IMG/VR virus record: IMGVR_UViG_3300033156_000215
Coordinates: 6,723-70,722 of that record
Origin: a virus
DNA length: 64,000 bases
Reading direction: 5' to 3' (one strand)
Of the stretch, positions 28,083-37,551 are shown in pieces. How positions within the stretch are numbered: position 1 is the first letter of the stretch; every line of letters starts with the position of its first letter. The notes beneath the pieces were generated by a model. The model did not search any database, was not told the DNA's origin, and was given only the letters and a program-made list of their open reading frames with translations. A program made the position numbers and the translations under genes.

Positions 28083-30386
28083 TTATCCGACGTAACCGTA
28101 GAAGCCTCGGTGATCCTCGATGGCCACAGCAAACACAAGGCGAACTTTGAAGTAAACCTTGTCAGCCGTGAGGTTACTACCAGTATTAGGAACCTCGGTT
28201 AGAATCTCAGGTTCCTCTCTACCATCAAGGAATCCGACAGCGAGCATCGGAACCATGTTCTTATCCGCTGCCAAGAACCAGTAAGTAGTATTAGTTGTCC
28301 AGTAAGGAACAACTATAATCTCGAACTGTTCCTTGACAGGGTTAGCATAGTAAGTTGAGCTGTCTACATAGAAACTACCAGATTGAATCTGAACTGCTGT
28401 AGCTCTCAAAGCAGGTGGCACAATCAAGTACTTCGGCACAACACCGATGGCGAGTGCTGAAGAACTAGGAGCTGCTTGAGACATCATAGCAGCAAAACCG
28501 TCTGCTACAGCCGAAACTCCAAGAGTTTGAGTAGACTGGTTAGAGTGGCCAGCGCTGTCTATAAGAGCAGTGCTGTCGTAACCGCAAGTAGCGTTCGAAT
28601 CAAGAACATCGAACACTGCCTTGTAAACAGTCCACTTCCCAGCCAAGCTCAACCTACGAGGAATCTTGGCCAAAGCGTTGAGGTCATCATTGAGAGCATC
28701 CTCCCAAGTATAACTCTCAAGCTGACCATACTTACCAGGAGTAAGCGTAGCAGCTTCATCGCCAGGGCTGGTAGGCTCAGTATACGTACCGCCAGACGAG
28801 ACGCTAGGCAGCGTATTGTAATAACCAACCCTAACGAGGTTATGATCACGCATATCTTGTAGCGAAACGACATCGCTAACAAGCTCACGCCACTCATTGA
28901 GATATTCAGCCTCGTAGTCCTTCATCAGTGCCCTGTGCATTGAAGTACCAAAGGCATCAGACCAACTAATTGCCTCTTGAGCAAAGGTATTCTCAGCAAA
29001 CTTGGCATTTCCGATGTCTCGGATAATCATATGGGCAAGATCGCTCTTCGAAACCGAGAACGGATCTATTCCATTGATTCGGCAATAAGATTCGTGCAAG
29101 CTGCGGAAAGGCTGCACACCCTCGACCATCTTACCGGTCAGCATACCTTCCATAGCCAGCACGTACTTATCCTGCTCAGACAAGCCAGGCTGCACAACCG
29201 TGCTCTGTCGAGTCTCCTCGATGAGGCTGGCAGTTAGATTCTTCAAAAGCTCTATCTCCTTATCCAGCTCTTCCTCCGTGACAATCTTGCCATCAAACTT
29301 TGCACGCAAGACGTTCACAACAGCAGGCGGAAGTCCCTGGGTTTTCTGCTCGAACAACTTCTCACTCTTGAGTCGAGCAAGCTCTTCCTTCAGTTCGTTG
29401 AGTTCCGGCATAACCTTATCCTCAACAGCTATCTGAGCTATATCAGGAGCTTCAGTATCAGGAATCTCTGGAGCATCCTCCCTACGGATTATCTCCTCCT
29501 GAACTGACTCTTGATCCTCGCTCATCTCTTCACGCTGCTCTTCCGCAGCAACAACTTCCTCTTCCATTTCATTTTCCTCCTCAAATTCTAGCTCTACAGG
29601 GTCAAAAGGTATCTGTACTGATTCATACAAACCTAGCAGCTTTCCTCCAGCAGCAGGTTCAGTAACTACATCAACTGAAATAACCTCCTCGATAGATTCC
29701 ACATAGAATACTTTCCTTCCTTCCATAACCTTAGGCTTAATGTCTACTGCTGCACAGATAGACAAACCTACCAGATCAGGTTTATTTCGATCGAAAGCTT
29801 CTTGCAGAATTCCAACGATAGGAGATTGAGACAAAGCTACAAACGTAGCTTCAATAGCTTGAGCTTCCTCGTTCCAGTAAGGATCCTCAAACCAACCAAC
29901 CAAATCTCTAACGCTTCTCGTTATTCCACCATTCTTGAACTCGTGGTCTACATAGCACTTAATGTTAGCAAACTTGTCAACACAGTTCTTTAGAACTTCT
30001 GCTGGATAGAAACGATTATTCTGAGAAAGACCAGCTTGGATAAGTCTTGCTTTCCAGACTAGACCGTTTCCACCTTCCTTGGCTTCAACAAGCTCCGCTT
30101 CGTCTGTAGTAGACTTTGTGTAATACCTTAGATCAGAATCAGCTTTGTATCCTGGAGCATAGGACATCTGTTTCTTGACCTTGGTTGCTAACTTCTCGAT
30201 AGCTTCAAGCAAACTCTTATTGTCTTCAAGCTTCTCAGCAGCTTTTCGAAGTTTATCAAGCTCACTTAGAACGTCTCTCAGAAACTGAGTTCCAGCTCTT
30301 CCGTAGTAGCCTTGACCTACAGCTTCTACAGAATCCTCAAGTTTCTGCAAGACCTCCTGTATTTTCATTTCTTCCTCCATATACAC
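28083..30386 (-). CDS. Prohead protease-scaffold-major capsid fusion (Mu gpI/gpT-like)
   Basis: Protease: G.S.N.R.YP, DH, GLSI, SVDVVTEPAAGG; acidic scaffold; capsid: NDDL.A...P, PKYLIVPP.L, GFLDG.EEP, D.RG.Y. Confidence 0.9.
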   Translation of the reverse strand: MYMEEEMKIQEVLQKLEDSVEAVGQGYYGRAGTQFLRDVLSELDKLRKAAEKLEDNKSLLEAIEKLATKVKKQMSYAPGYKADSDLRYYTKSTTDEAELVEAKEGGNGLVWKARLIQAGLSQNNRFYPAEVLKNCVDKFANIKCYVDHEFKNGGITRSVRDLVGWFEDPYWNEEAQAIEATFVALSQSPIVGILQEAFDRNKPDLVGLSICAAVDIKPKVMEGRKVFYVESIEEVISVDVVTEPAAGGKLLGLYESVQIPFDPVELEFEEENEMEEEVVAAEEQREEMSEDQESVQEEIIRREDAPEIPDTEAPDIAQIAVEDKVMPELNELKEELARLKSEKLFEQKTQGLPPAVVNVLRAKFDGKIVTEEELDKEIELLKNLTASLIEETRQSTVVQPGLSEQDKYVLAMEGMLTGKMVEGVQPFRSLHESYCRINGIDPFSVSKSDLAHMIIRDIGNAKFAENTFAQEAISWSDAFGTSMHRALMKDYEAEYLNEWRELVSDVVSLQDMRDHNLVRVGYYNTLPSVSSGGTYTEPTSPGDEAATLTPGKYGQLESYTWEDALNDDLNALAKIPRRLSLAGKWTVYKAVFDVLDSNATCGYDSTALIDSAGHSNQSTQTLGVSAVADGFAAMMSQAAPSSSALAIGVVPKYLIVPPALRATAVQIQSGSFYVDSSTYYANPVKEQFEIIVVPYWTTNTTYWFLAADKNMVPMLAVGFLDGREEPEILTEVPNTGSNLTADKVYFKVRLVFAVAIEDHRGFYGYVG

Positions 30387-31690
30387 TCTCCGACCTTTTC
30401 CATTCCAAGAGGCACTAAGAACTTTTCCATATTGTGGGTGTAGTGGAATGGATGTGTAGGATCAGGCCCTGGAGTATGTTCAACTAAGATTCCACCTTTC
30501 ACAAGCTTTGGTATCAAAGTTCTCAAAACCTTGGAAAGTGATTTTGGACTAATGTGCTCAAACACATCTAACGCTATTATACCACATATTTCGTCAAGAT
30601 CTTTCAAATCATTAAGTATTTTGATGTTTGCTTCTTCAATTTTATAAATCTCTGAAGCCATCTTTCTACAAAGAGAAGATTTGTCGTAGTAATAAACTTG
30701 TTCTACTCCGTGTCTATGGATAAAGAGTGCGTCTACACCAAGTCCACTACCGAAACACAATACTGGCTTGTTCATCTCTATAAAAGAGGGCACTACGCTG
30801 TAAACCACTTTCAATAGATTAGAAAAACTTACGCTACAGTTCCAGGCTATCAGATCGTAGACGCCTGCTTCTGTCTCGAATATTTCTTTTCCTTCTCGTT
30901 CAGCTTGCAAAGCCAGTTTAGGGCCTAGTGGAACTTGCTTAACTATATCTTCTACGGATTTATTTAGAACTTCAGTAGCAGCTTTTATAAGAACGTTAGC
31001 TAATTTCAGACGGAATTCAACTTCGTCTTGAGGATTAGCTCGCAAGTAATCGGCTGTATTGACTGGTCTTATAGCTAAGTGGTCGGGAAGGATACTCATG
31101 TCTGCATAAATCTTGTATCCGTGCTCAACTGCTTTCAGACAGAAGTAGTAATCCTCTGAACAATTGCGTTCGAAGCTAAACCAGGGTTCAGGAACATTCT
31201 CGAAAACTTCTCTGTGAACCAGCAAACATCCCGCACCACAACCTCCAATCTCTATCAAAGCATCGTGGTCTGGTGCTGGAGTATACAAAGGTTGAAATGG
31301 ATGCTTCTTGAAGAAAGCAAGTGTTTCGTCTATCAGAGGTAGGAAATGTGTTCCAGAATGGTGCTTAGCTATAAGCGGAGTTGGGTCTCCTGGTTCCTTT
31401 GAATAATACAAACCGGTTAGAATCTTTATATTGTTTTTCTTGGCTCTGTTGACCATCAGATTTACTAGTTCTGGATGGAATATCATGTCCGAATCTAGAA
31501 ATAGTGCGTACACGTTATTAGTAGCCAGAAAATCTTTTACTAGCCTGTTTCTCAAATCAGCTAGAAGAGTTCCTTCCTCAAACTTTATGTCGTTGACTTT
31601 ACCTCTTAGAGCTACTTGATAAATACTATCAAGAGCACGTGGTATGATAAAGTAAGGAAGTCTTGGTACAAGTATTGAGACTTTAGGCAT
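30365..31690 (-). CDS. Glycosyltransferase family 2 fused to SAM-dependent methyltransferase
   Basis: LFLDSDM (DxD), GAGCLLVHREVF, PWF, SEDYYFC; VLCFGSGLG, DVFEH; likely start MPKVS at 31690. Confidence 0.85.
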   Translation of the reverse strand: MPKVSILVPRLPYFIIPRALDSIYQVALRGKVNDIKFEEGTLLADLRNRLVKDFLATNNVYALFLDSDMIFHPELVNLMVNRAKKNNIKILTGLYYSKEPGDPTPLIAKHHSGTHFLPLIDETLAFFKKHPFQPLYTPAPDHDALIEIGGCGAGCLLVHREVFENVPEPWFSFERNCSEDYYFCLKAVEHGYKIYADMSILPDHLAIRPVNTADYLRANPQDEVEFRLKLANVLIKAATEVLNKSVEDIVKQVPLGPKLALQAEREGKEIFETEAGVYDLIAWNCSVSFSNLLKVVYSVVPSFIEMNKPVLCFGSGLGVDALFIHRHGVEQVYYYDKSSLCRKMASEIYKIEEANIKILNDLKDLDEICGIIALDVFEHISPKSLSKVLRTLIPKLVKGGILVEHTPGPDPTHPFHYTHNMEKFLVPLGMEKVGECIWRKK

Positions 31691-31695
31691 TGAAT

Positions 31696-34374
31696 TTACT
31701 CCTTGTAATTGATTATTTCCAGAAGGTTCTCGTTCCAAAGGACATTTTCGCCTTCTTTTTTATGTGTTGCTATATATGGTACGTTATTCTTAGGAAATCC
31801 GCAAAACCAATTTCTTTGTCTCTCAGGTTTCTTGAAATCTATTCTTCTCCAATTTTTTATAAGCTTAGTTAGCTCAGGCATAGCTGTCTTATTACTCTTG
31901 ATAAAGTACTCGAAAAAGTATGATTTACACACACCTGCTGCTACATCTACAAAAGCTAACCAAGCAAATATTGCTCCAGTTTTTGCAGTAGCTCCAACTC
32001 CACCAGGAGGAGCTTCAAACGTAGGATGTTGAGGAGTGACAATCGTAAGCCATTCCTCAGGCTGAGGTGGTTTCTTCTCGGTTATTGTCATACTTCCTAC
32101 GTTGTTGACTATTCCAATTCCTAGCGGATAAATTAGGTCTCCAGTACCGACGTTCTGTAGAACTATCTTAGGTTGGTCAATAGTCCAGCCTATAAGATAA
32201 TCTTTTTCCGGATGTTTGAATCTAAAATCTATGTGAGCATTACCTTTGTTCCAAACATTGGATAAGTCTGTAATAGGTCTGGTAGAGATGTGCCTATTGA
32301 TAGCTGCTACTACGTCTCCTCCAGACTTCTCCGTAGCTCTAGCATCTTTTAGCAAAGCATTAAGAGACTTTATCCAGAACAGATTTTCTTTCTTCCAGAT
32401 AGCTTCTAAATCGTCTGCTTTGCTTAGACGCTCTATTAGGATTTCTCTGGATTTAGTATCATAGATTCCTCGGCTATGAATCTGCATTACTCCTCTGGTT
32501 GGTTTATCAGTAGTAATATAATATATCTTAGAAGATATTTCTTCTTTCGGTTTGGGTTCTGAGTAGTCCAGAGCTTCTAGCGCTACTGTAACTTTGTCTG
32601 GCTCTGTTCTTTCAGGGTCTAGTTCTTCTAGAATAGGATTCTCCCAAGAGTAACCTACACTTCCATCGTCTTTTACAAATCTTGTTATTCTATGCAATCT
32701 GACTGTAGCTATGTCTCCAAGTTCTGGTTCTACTGGTAATTTCTTGGCATAAGTAGAACCATAAGCGTACTCACCAACGTCTCTATGTCCGAAGGCAGAA
32801 TCCATCTTCCAGAGTTCTGGACATTCTAGTCCCTTCCAGTCTTTTCCTGTCCACTCTGGAGTTAGGTCTGATTCTGTTAGCTTTTTCTGAGTTTCTATTG
32901 GTACTAACTTGCTTTCAGGATCATAGATAGCACATCTTAGCATATATGTGGTAGAATCTTCTGCTAATTCTTTGTATAGTTTTATAGCTGCTTCTCCTTT
33001 TACAGGACTATGAGAAGTAGCTGGTTTTATCGCTTTCTTGAATATTCCGATAACTTTTACTTTGATTTCTTTGAAAAGCTTCATCTTAGCCCAGCCGGTT
33101 GACCTACCGTCTACATCGTAGGTGCTATCTGCTTTCTTAGCCATGAAACCTTCTGACTCTGGATATTCGATACACTTCTTCGAATATTTGTCAAAATCAG
33201 ATTTATTTGTTATTCTATAGCTTGGAAGCAAACGAATTGATTTTAGATTAGATTCCTGTTGTACTACTGTCCGTAAAATTTTCTGTCTATCTTCCAGGGG
33301 ATGATCTGTAAGATCTTCCCCGTCTTTGTATATTAAGTCGAAGACGTAATACACTATACCTTCGACTGGAGTATTAGAGCTGGTAATGGCAATCATATCA
33401 GCTCTATCTTTTCCAGGAAGAACTGCTTCTCCGTCTAGGATTACTGAATCACAATTTAGAGACCTTAGATCTTCTACTAGCTCTGGGAGATAATCAGCAC
33501 GGTCTCGTTTTCTGTCTTCTGTGAAGATTGCTATCTTGCCTCCACGCTTGTGAGCCATAAGACGTACACCGTTTATCTTGGGTTCGATATAGAAAGGTAG
33601 GTTGGGTTCTCCCCAATGTTCCCAGAAACTCTTAGGATCGTAGAAAGTATATTCACCATATCCTGTTTGAGACTTGAGAGGTTGAATCGGTCTTAGGGGA
33701 GAAACTTCAAGAGCTTGGATTTTCTCATCTCTCGGTTTGAAAGCAATCCAGTATAAAGGTTCTGCATTCTTAGGTGTTCTATTTTCTTCCACTTCAGCTC
33801 CGTAGAGACGAGCAAGCTTGACTTGTAGTCCTGGAGTAAGCATCTTGCAGTACAGCTTTTTCTTGTCCGTGAAAACAAAAGGAGAGAATATCTCTATATT
33901 CGGATAGTTTATATGACGCGTCTCTTCGGGGAATGGATAAAGAACTAAGTCTCCTAGAATCTTGTAATTCCTGTCAGGGCCTAAAGGCTCATAGAGAAAG
34001 TGAATCGGGAGTCCGTCATATAACTTATCCGTAGATAAGAGCTTGGTGATTATCTTCTCTAGCCCTGGGAGCTTGTTGGGACTGCGTATTAATATATCTA
34101 TATCATTAATATTCTTAATACTGGAATCGCTGACTGAAGAACCTACCTGAATCACCGCATCTCGTATAAATGTCATAGGCTCTAGAACCTTGAGAACTGA
34201 TGGTGACATCCCTCTTCGTAGCATCTCTTGGAAGTAATCTCTAGCGAGTAGTGCATACTCCAGCTTTGTTTCTGGAGATATTGCCTCTTTTTTGAGATGC
34301 ATAGTAAGATATCTCCAGTCATTCAGAAGTTCCTTGTCAGATTTTTCCTGCAAGTCTCCCCTAATCATTACCAA
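31696..34374 (-). CDS. ATP-dependent DNA ligase with N-terminal nucleotidyltransferase-like and C-terminal LigD phosphoesterase-like domains
   Basis: Ligase motifs I EPKING, III LDGE, IIIa VFDL, IV EGFMAK, V WAKMK; N-terminal VGS...DIDIL; C-terminal QIH.RG...HIDFR...LIGW. Confidence 0.85.
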   Translation of the reverse strand: MVMIRGDLQEKSDKELLNDWRYLTMHLKKEAISPETKLEYALLARDYFQEMLRRGMSPSVLKVLEPMTFIRDAVIQVGSSVSDSSIKNINDIDILIRSPNKLPGLEKIITKLLSTDKLYDGLPIHFLYEPLGPDRNYKILGDLVLYPFPEETRHINYPNIEIFSPFVFTDKKKLYCKMLTPGLQVKLARLYGAEVEENRTPKNAEPLYWIAFKPRDEKIQALEVSPLRPIQPLKSQTGYGEYTFYDPKSFWEHWGEPNLPFYIEPKINGVRLMAHKRGGKIAIFTEDRKRDRADYLPELVEDLRSLNCDSVILDGEAVLPGKDRADMIAITSSNTPVEGIVYYVFDLIYKDGEDLTDHPLEDRQKILRTVVQQESNLKSIRLLPSYRITNKSDFDKYSKKCIEYPESEGFMAKKADSTYDVDGRSTGWAKMKLFKEIKVKVIGIFKKAIKPATSHSPVKGEAAIKLYKELAEDSTTYMLRCAIYDPESKLVPIETQKKLTESDLTPEWTGKDWKGLECPELWKMDSAFGHRDVGEYAYGSTYAKKLPVEPELGDIATVRLHRITRFVKDDGSVGYSWENPILEELDPERTEPDKVTVALEALDYSEPKPKEEISSKIYYITTDKPTRGVMQIHSRGIYDTKSREILIERLSKADDLEAIWKKENLFWIKSLNALLKDARATEKSGGDVVAAINRHISTRPITDLSNVWNKGNAHIDFRFKHPEKDYLIGWTIDQPKIVLQNVGTGDLIYPLGIGIVNNVGSMTITEKKPPQPEEWLTIVTPQHPTFEAPPGGVGATAKTGAIFAWLAFVDVAAGVCKSYFFEYFIKSNKTAMPELTKLIKNWRRIDFKKPERQRNWFCGFPKNNVPYIATHKKEGENVLWNENLLEIINYKE
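33901..34031. repeat. Inverted pair of 18-bp motif inside the ligase gene
   Basis: CGGATAGTTTATATGACG 33901-33918 and CGTCATATAACTTATCCG 34014-34031; identical to the copies at 48080 and 48183. Confidence 0.85.
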
Positions 34375-35572
34375 CCTCTATACCAATAAAGTCAAATACC
34401 TTAGCAATTATTCTTCTAGCCTCATCATCTGTAAGCTGGCCATTCTCTTTCGCTGCAAGAGTAGCATTTATCAGACGAAGGATAGAACCGCTAAGCCTCT
34501 GCACATCTTTCGTGACCATTTGGCCAGGAACACATTCAACATCCATATCACCAGTAACCATCTTCACTACAGTAGAGAAATCAGAAGCTAATCTCTTCTG
34601 AATGCTGATTATCTCTTGCAATCCAGAGAAAGTAGAAAGATTATTTGGAATATCTCCGTTGAACAGGAACGAGGGAATCTCGGTGCTGTTTATCAAAAGG
34701 TCAAGCAAGAACTGAGCTTGCTGGTCTGCATTGGAAGTAACTTTAGGATCAAGCAAATCCCACTCTACTCTATCGTTTGAAGTGATGATGGAATTAGGAG
34801 CAGGAGGATATTTTCCTCGTGCTCTTTCTAAATCTTGTAATTGCTCTACCGTAGCACCAGCATATACCACCTTGAACCAGATTGAATTCCTAAACGCTGA
34901 GCCTCGCAGATAGGCATAGGCATATGTCTGGAATTCATTTAGCAAGTCAAGAATAGCAATGAACGGTGGCACTCCTCTTACTTGATCTCCGAAGTTACCA
35001 TAGGTGAAGAGGAATGCATTACCTTCTATCGAGTTGGTTGTTGGTCTATAAGTCAACATTTTGAAGGTTTTCTCTTCATCTCCTGAATTGACTGTAATCT
35101 TGTCTATTAATCTAGGATCTGCTGTACTGGATTCTACTTTTGTGATCTGGGTAGGAGAAACAGTTTGTACGTAAACTTTGTTATTTATTCTGTTTCTCTG
35201 AAATACCCAAAACATCTCTCCGTGAATAAGATACTCGATAAGCCAAGTTCTGAGATTGTTGTCTATTCGGTTTGGATATTTAAACCAGAATTCCTCAACC
35301 ATCTCCTTTGATTCTGGATCTGCTTGAAACTCGAATCCAGTCATTAGGATCGTATCTACTATCAGATTTATCAGCTTGTGATAGAGGAAGTTTGAGTAGT
35401 AGCTGTTTCGAGAGATGCGTCTTGCTCTGTCTAAAATAGTTTCTGTGAGATTGGTTGCTTTGCTGTAGTTTACCCAAACAGATTGGACTGAAGCCTCTGT
35501 AGCCAAATCTGTTGCTTCCCACAACGTATCCTGGGAACTTCTCTCTTTATTCTGATCTAGAGTTATAATCAT
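34361..35572 (-). CDS. Portal protein
   Basis: Follows TerL; R..SR..Y..N, FW...N, L+.GE.F, RG.P; 403 aa. Confidence 0.8.
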   Translation of the reverse strand: MIITLDQNKERSSQDTLWEATDLATEASVQSVWVNYSKATNLTETILDRARRISRNSYYSNFLYHKLINLIVDTILMTGFEFQADPESKEMVEEFWFKYPNRIDNNLRTWLIEYLIHGEMFWVFQRNRINNKVYVQTVSPTQITKVESSTADPRLIDKITVNSGDEEKTFKMLTYRPTTNSIEGNAFLFTYGNFGDQVRGVPPFIAILDLLNEFQTYAYAYLRGSAFRNSIWFKVVYAGATVEQLQDLERARGKYPPAPNSIITSNDRVEWDLLDPKVTSNADQQAQFLLDLLINSTEIPSFLFNGDIPNNLSTFSGLQEIISIQKRLASDFSTVVKMVTGDMDVECVPGQMVTKDVQRLSGSILRLINATLAAKENGQLTDDEARRIIAKVFDFIGIEVGND

Positions 35573-35865
35573 ACGTCAGCCACCTTTTTCCAAAACCAAA
35601 GAATCTTTTTATACACTTGAACTGGAACGTTACGATATGGGCCTGTCTGATGGGTTAGCTTAACGCTCAAGTCTTTAGCGAAGGGCAAGTGCATTACACT
35701 TATCAGGTCTACATCCTGATGCAAAGTAAACGAAGTTAGTCGTTTGTTTCCATAATATAATACCACAATAATTGAGTTTTCAGGTGAAAGGTTAGATGTA
35801 TCAAATACTATAAAGTATTCTCCCTTCCCCTTTAGTTCTAGTCTATCATTTGGCCTGGGCTCCAT
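35569..35865 (-). CDS. Hypothetical beta-rich protein between TerL and portal
   Basis: ORF coupled to both neighbours. Confidence 0.6.
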   Translation of the reverse strand: MEPRPNDRLELKGKGEYFIVFDTSNLSPENSIIVVLYYGNKRLTSFTLHQDVDLISVMHLPFAKDLSVKLTHQTGPYRNVPVQVYKKILWFWKKVADV

Positions 35866-37292
35866 ATTCTTTCAAATCCTCCTATAGAATTTATATTTTG
35901 ATATCCTGAGTTACCCTCTGTAGCTTGTTCTGATAACGGAGAGAAAGTCATGGCAGGTTCTGCTCCTTCTCTCCACGCTTCGAATGCGTTATAGACTGCA
36001 TCTAGCAAATCATCATGTGAGCTTGTAGCACCGAAGCTTCTCCACTCTTCAATAAATAGCTTTGTGATTTCTGCTGGAGTCTCAGAAGTTAGCATTGGCA
36101 GAGTGATTCTTTCGTTCCTGAACTCCTCGGCAAGTCTTTGGATTCTTATTGTTTTTGGAATGTTGAATCTCAAAGTTCTGATGTTGAAATTTGCATCTTT
36201 CATCAGAGGATTCAAAGCTCCTCTGTCCTCGATAGCTATTGTGATGGGATGATAACGATTAGCAAACCAGAGAATTTCTTTTACTTGTTCCACTACGTCT
36301 ATCTGCTTCTTGGTTCCATCGAGTATGAACATGTTTCCCATCTGGTCTACTCCTAAGACTGCAAGAGCAAAGTAGTCAACTCCATCCGCTTTATCGCAAG
36401 GGTCAACTCCTATAAAGACTGCTAGTTCTTCTGGAGTAGAATAATGGAACCTAAGCCAGCCAGGATCAAGAGCTGCTTTCTCTCGAATCGGTGTTTGCAT
36501 GTACTGAGCACGAAAGAATAGCGGATTAGATCTGTACTTTTGTTCTAGCCATTCTTTATCAAACTTCTCTGGCCACAGAGGATTATCTGGAGAAGTCTTT
36601 AGTACATGTACTCTCCAGTCATCCTTCTGTTTCATAATCTCATCGTATAAATCTCCCTCATAGAATCTAGACCCTGTAACAATAACTTGACCGTCTGGTT
36701 CAAGGCGCGGGTATAAGGCTCCCCAGAACCAACTAGAAATTTTCTCTCTCATTACAGGAGTCATAGAGTTAGTCTGGCTTATCACGTCATCAGCTATTAT
36801 CAAGTCTACTCTGAATCCAATAGTTCCTGAACCTACACCAAGAGCAACAAGGTTCGGGTCTTTTATGTATGTGTCATTGAATAACCAGCGTTGAGTCTTA
36901 GTCCATCCTTTTGTCTGTCTCTCAGGATTATCCGGTATTACCTTGCCTACTAGGGAAATAGAAGAAGGTGAAGCAAGGATATCGCATATCTGAGTAAGAA
37001 TAACCGATGAATAAGATACTGTATGCGTTGCTATAGCAATACGCTTACGCCTTCCTGTAGCCAGACACCATGCAGCATACCCAACCATAGTTGTAGTTTT
37101 TCTATGGCCAGGCGGAAGGAGAATTAGGATTCTCTGGTTATCTGGTATTGAAGCTACTATAGGTTGCCAGAACTTGGGAATACGCATATCGAATGCGTAG
37201 TTCATGTAATCGTAAAAGCTAATGTTTTTGTCTTTTGATGTAAGCTGTTGTTTTATATTTTCCAGTTCTTGCAAGAACGGATTAGAAATCAT
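35838..37292 (-). CDS. terL: Terminase large subunit
   Basis: PPGHRKTT Walker A variant, G.R.DLIIADD Walker B, GSRF...D, LWPE.F, AQYMQ.P, GVDP...DY, HDDLLDA. Confidence 0.93.
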   Translation of the reverse strand: MISNPFLQELENIKQQLTSKDKNISFYDYMNYAFDMRIPKFWQPIVASIPDNQRILILLPPGHRKTTTMVGYAAWCLATGRRKRIAIATHTVSYSSVILTQICDILASPSSISLVGKVIPDNPERQTKGWTKTQRWLFNDTYIKDPNLVALGVGSGTIGFRVDLIIADDVISQTNSMTPVMREKISSWFWGALYPRLEPDGQVIVTGSRFYEGDLYDEIMKQKDDWRVHVLKTSPDNPLWPEKFDKEWLEQKYRSNPLFFRAQYMQTPIREKAALDPGWLRFHYSTPEELAVFIGVDPCDKADGVDYFALAVLGVDQMGNMFILDGTKKQIDVVEQVKEILWFANRYHPITIAIEDRGALNPLMKDANFNIRTLRFNIPKTIRIQRLAEEFRNERITLPMLTSETPAEITKLFIEEWRSFGATSSHDDLLDAVYNAFEAWREGAEPAMTFSPLSEQATEGNSGYQNINSIGGFERIWSPGQMID

Positions 37293-37551
37293 TTGTCACC
37301 TCTGGAAATTTGATGTCTATTGAATCTTCTACCACTAAGTAGTTAGGGTTAGCGTAGTGCCAGTCTTCCGCTTCACTTTCTTTTATGATAGTCTTAGGAA
37401 TGCCTACTGGCCTGTTACCCTCTACTAAGTAATAGAGATAACAATACAGCAACTCGAACACAGTAGTATGGTATGCACCAGCTACTTGTTCGAATGCAGA
37501 TATAATCTCCTCGAAAGTCATTTCAAAGTCAACGTGCTTACTTTCCTTCAT
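37282..37551 (-). CDS. Hypothetical protein
   Basis: Coupled between polA and terL. Confidence 0.55.
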   Translation of the reverse strand: MKESKHVDFEMTFEEIISAFEQVAGAYHTTVFELLYCYLYYLVEGNRPVGIPKTIIKESEAEDWHYANPNYLVVEDSIDIKFPEVTNDF

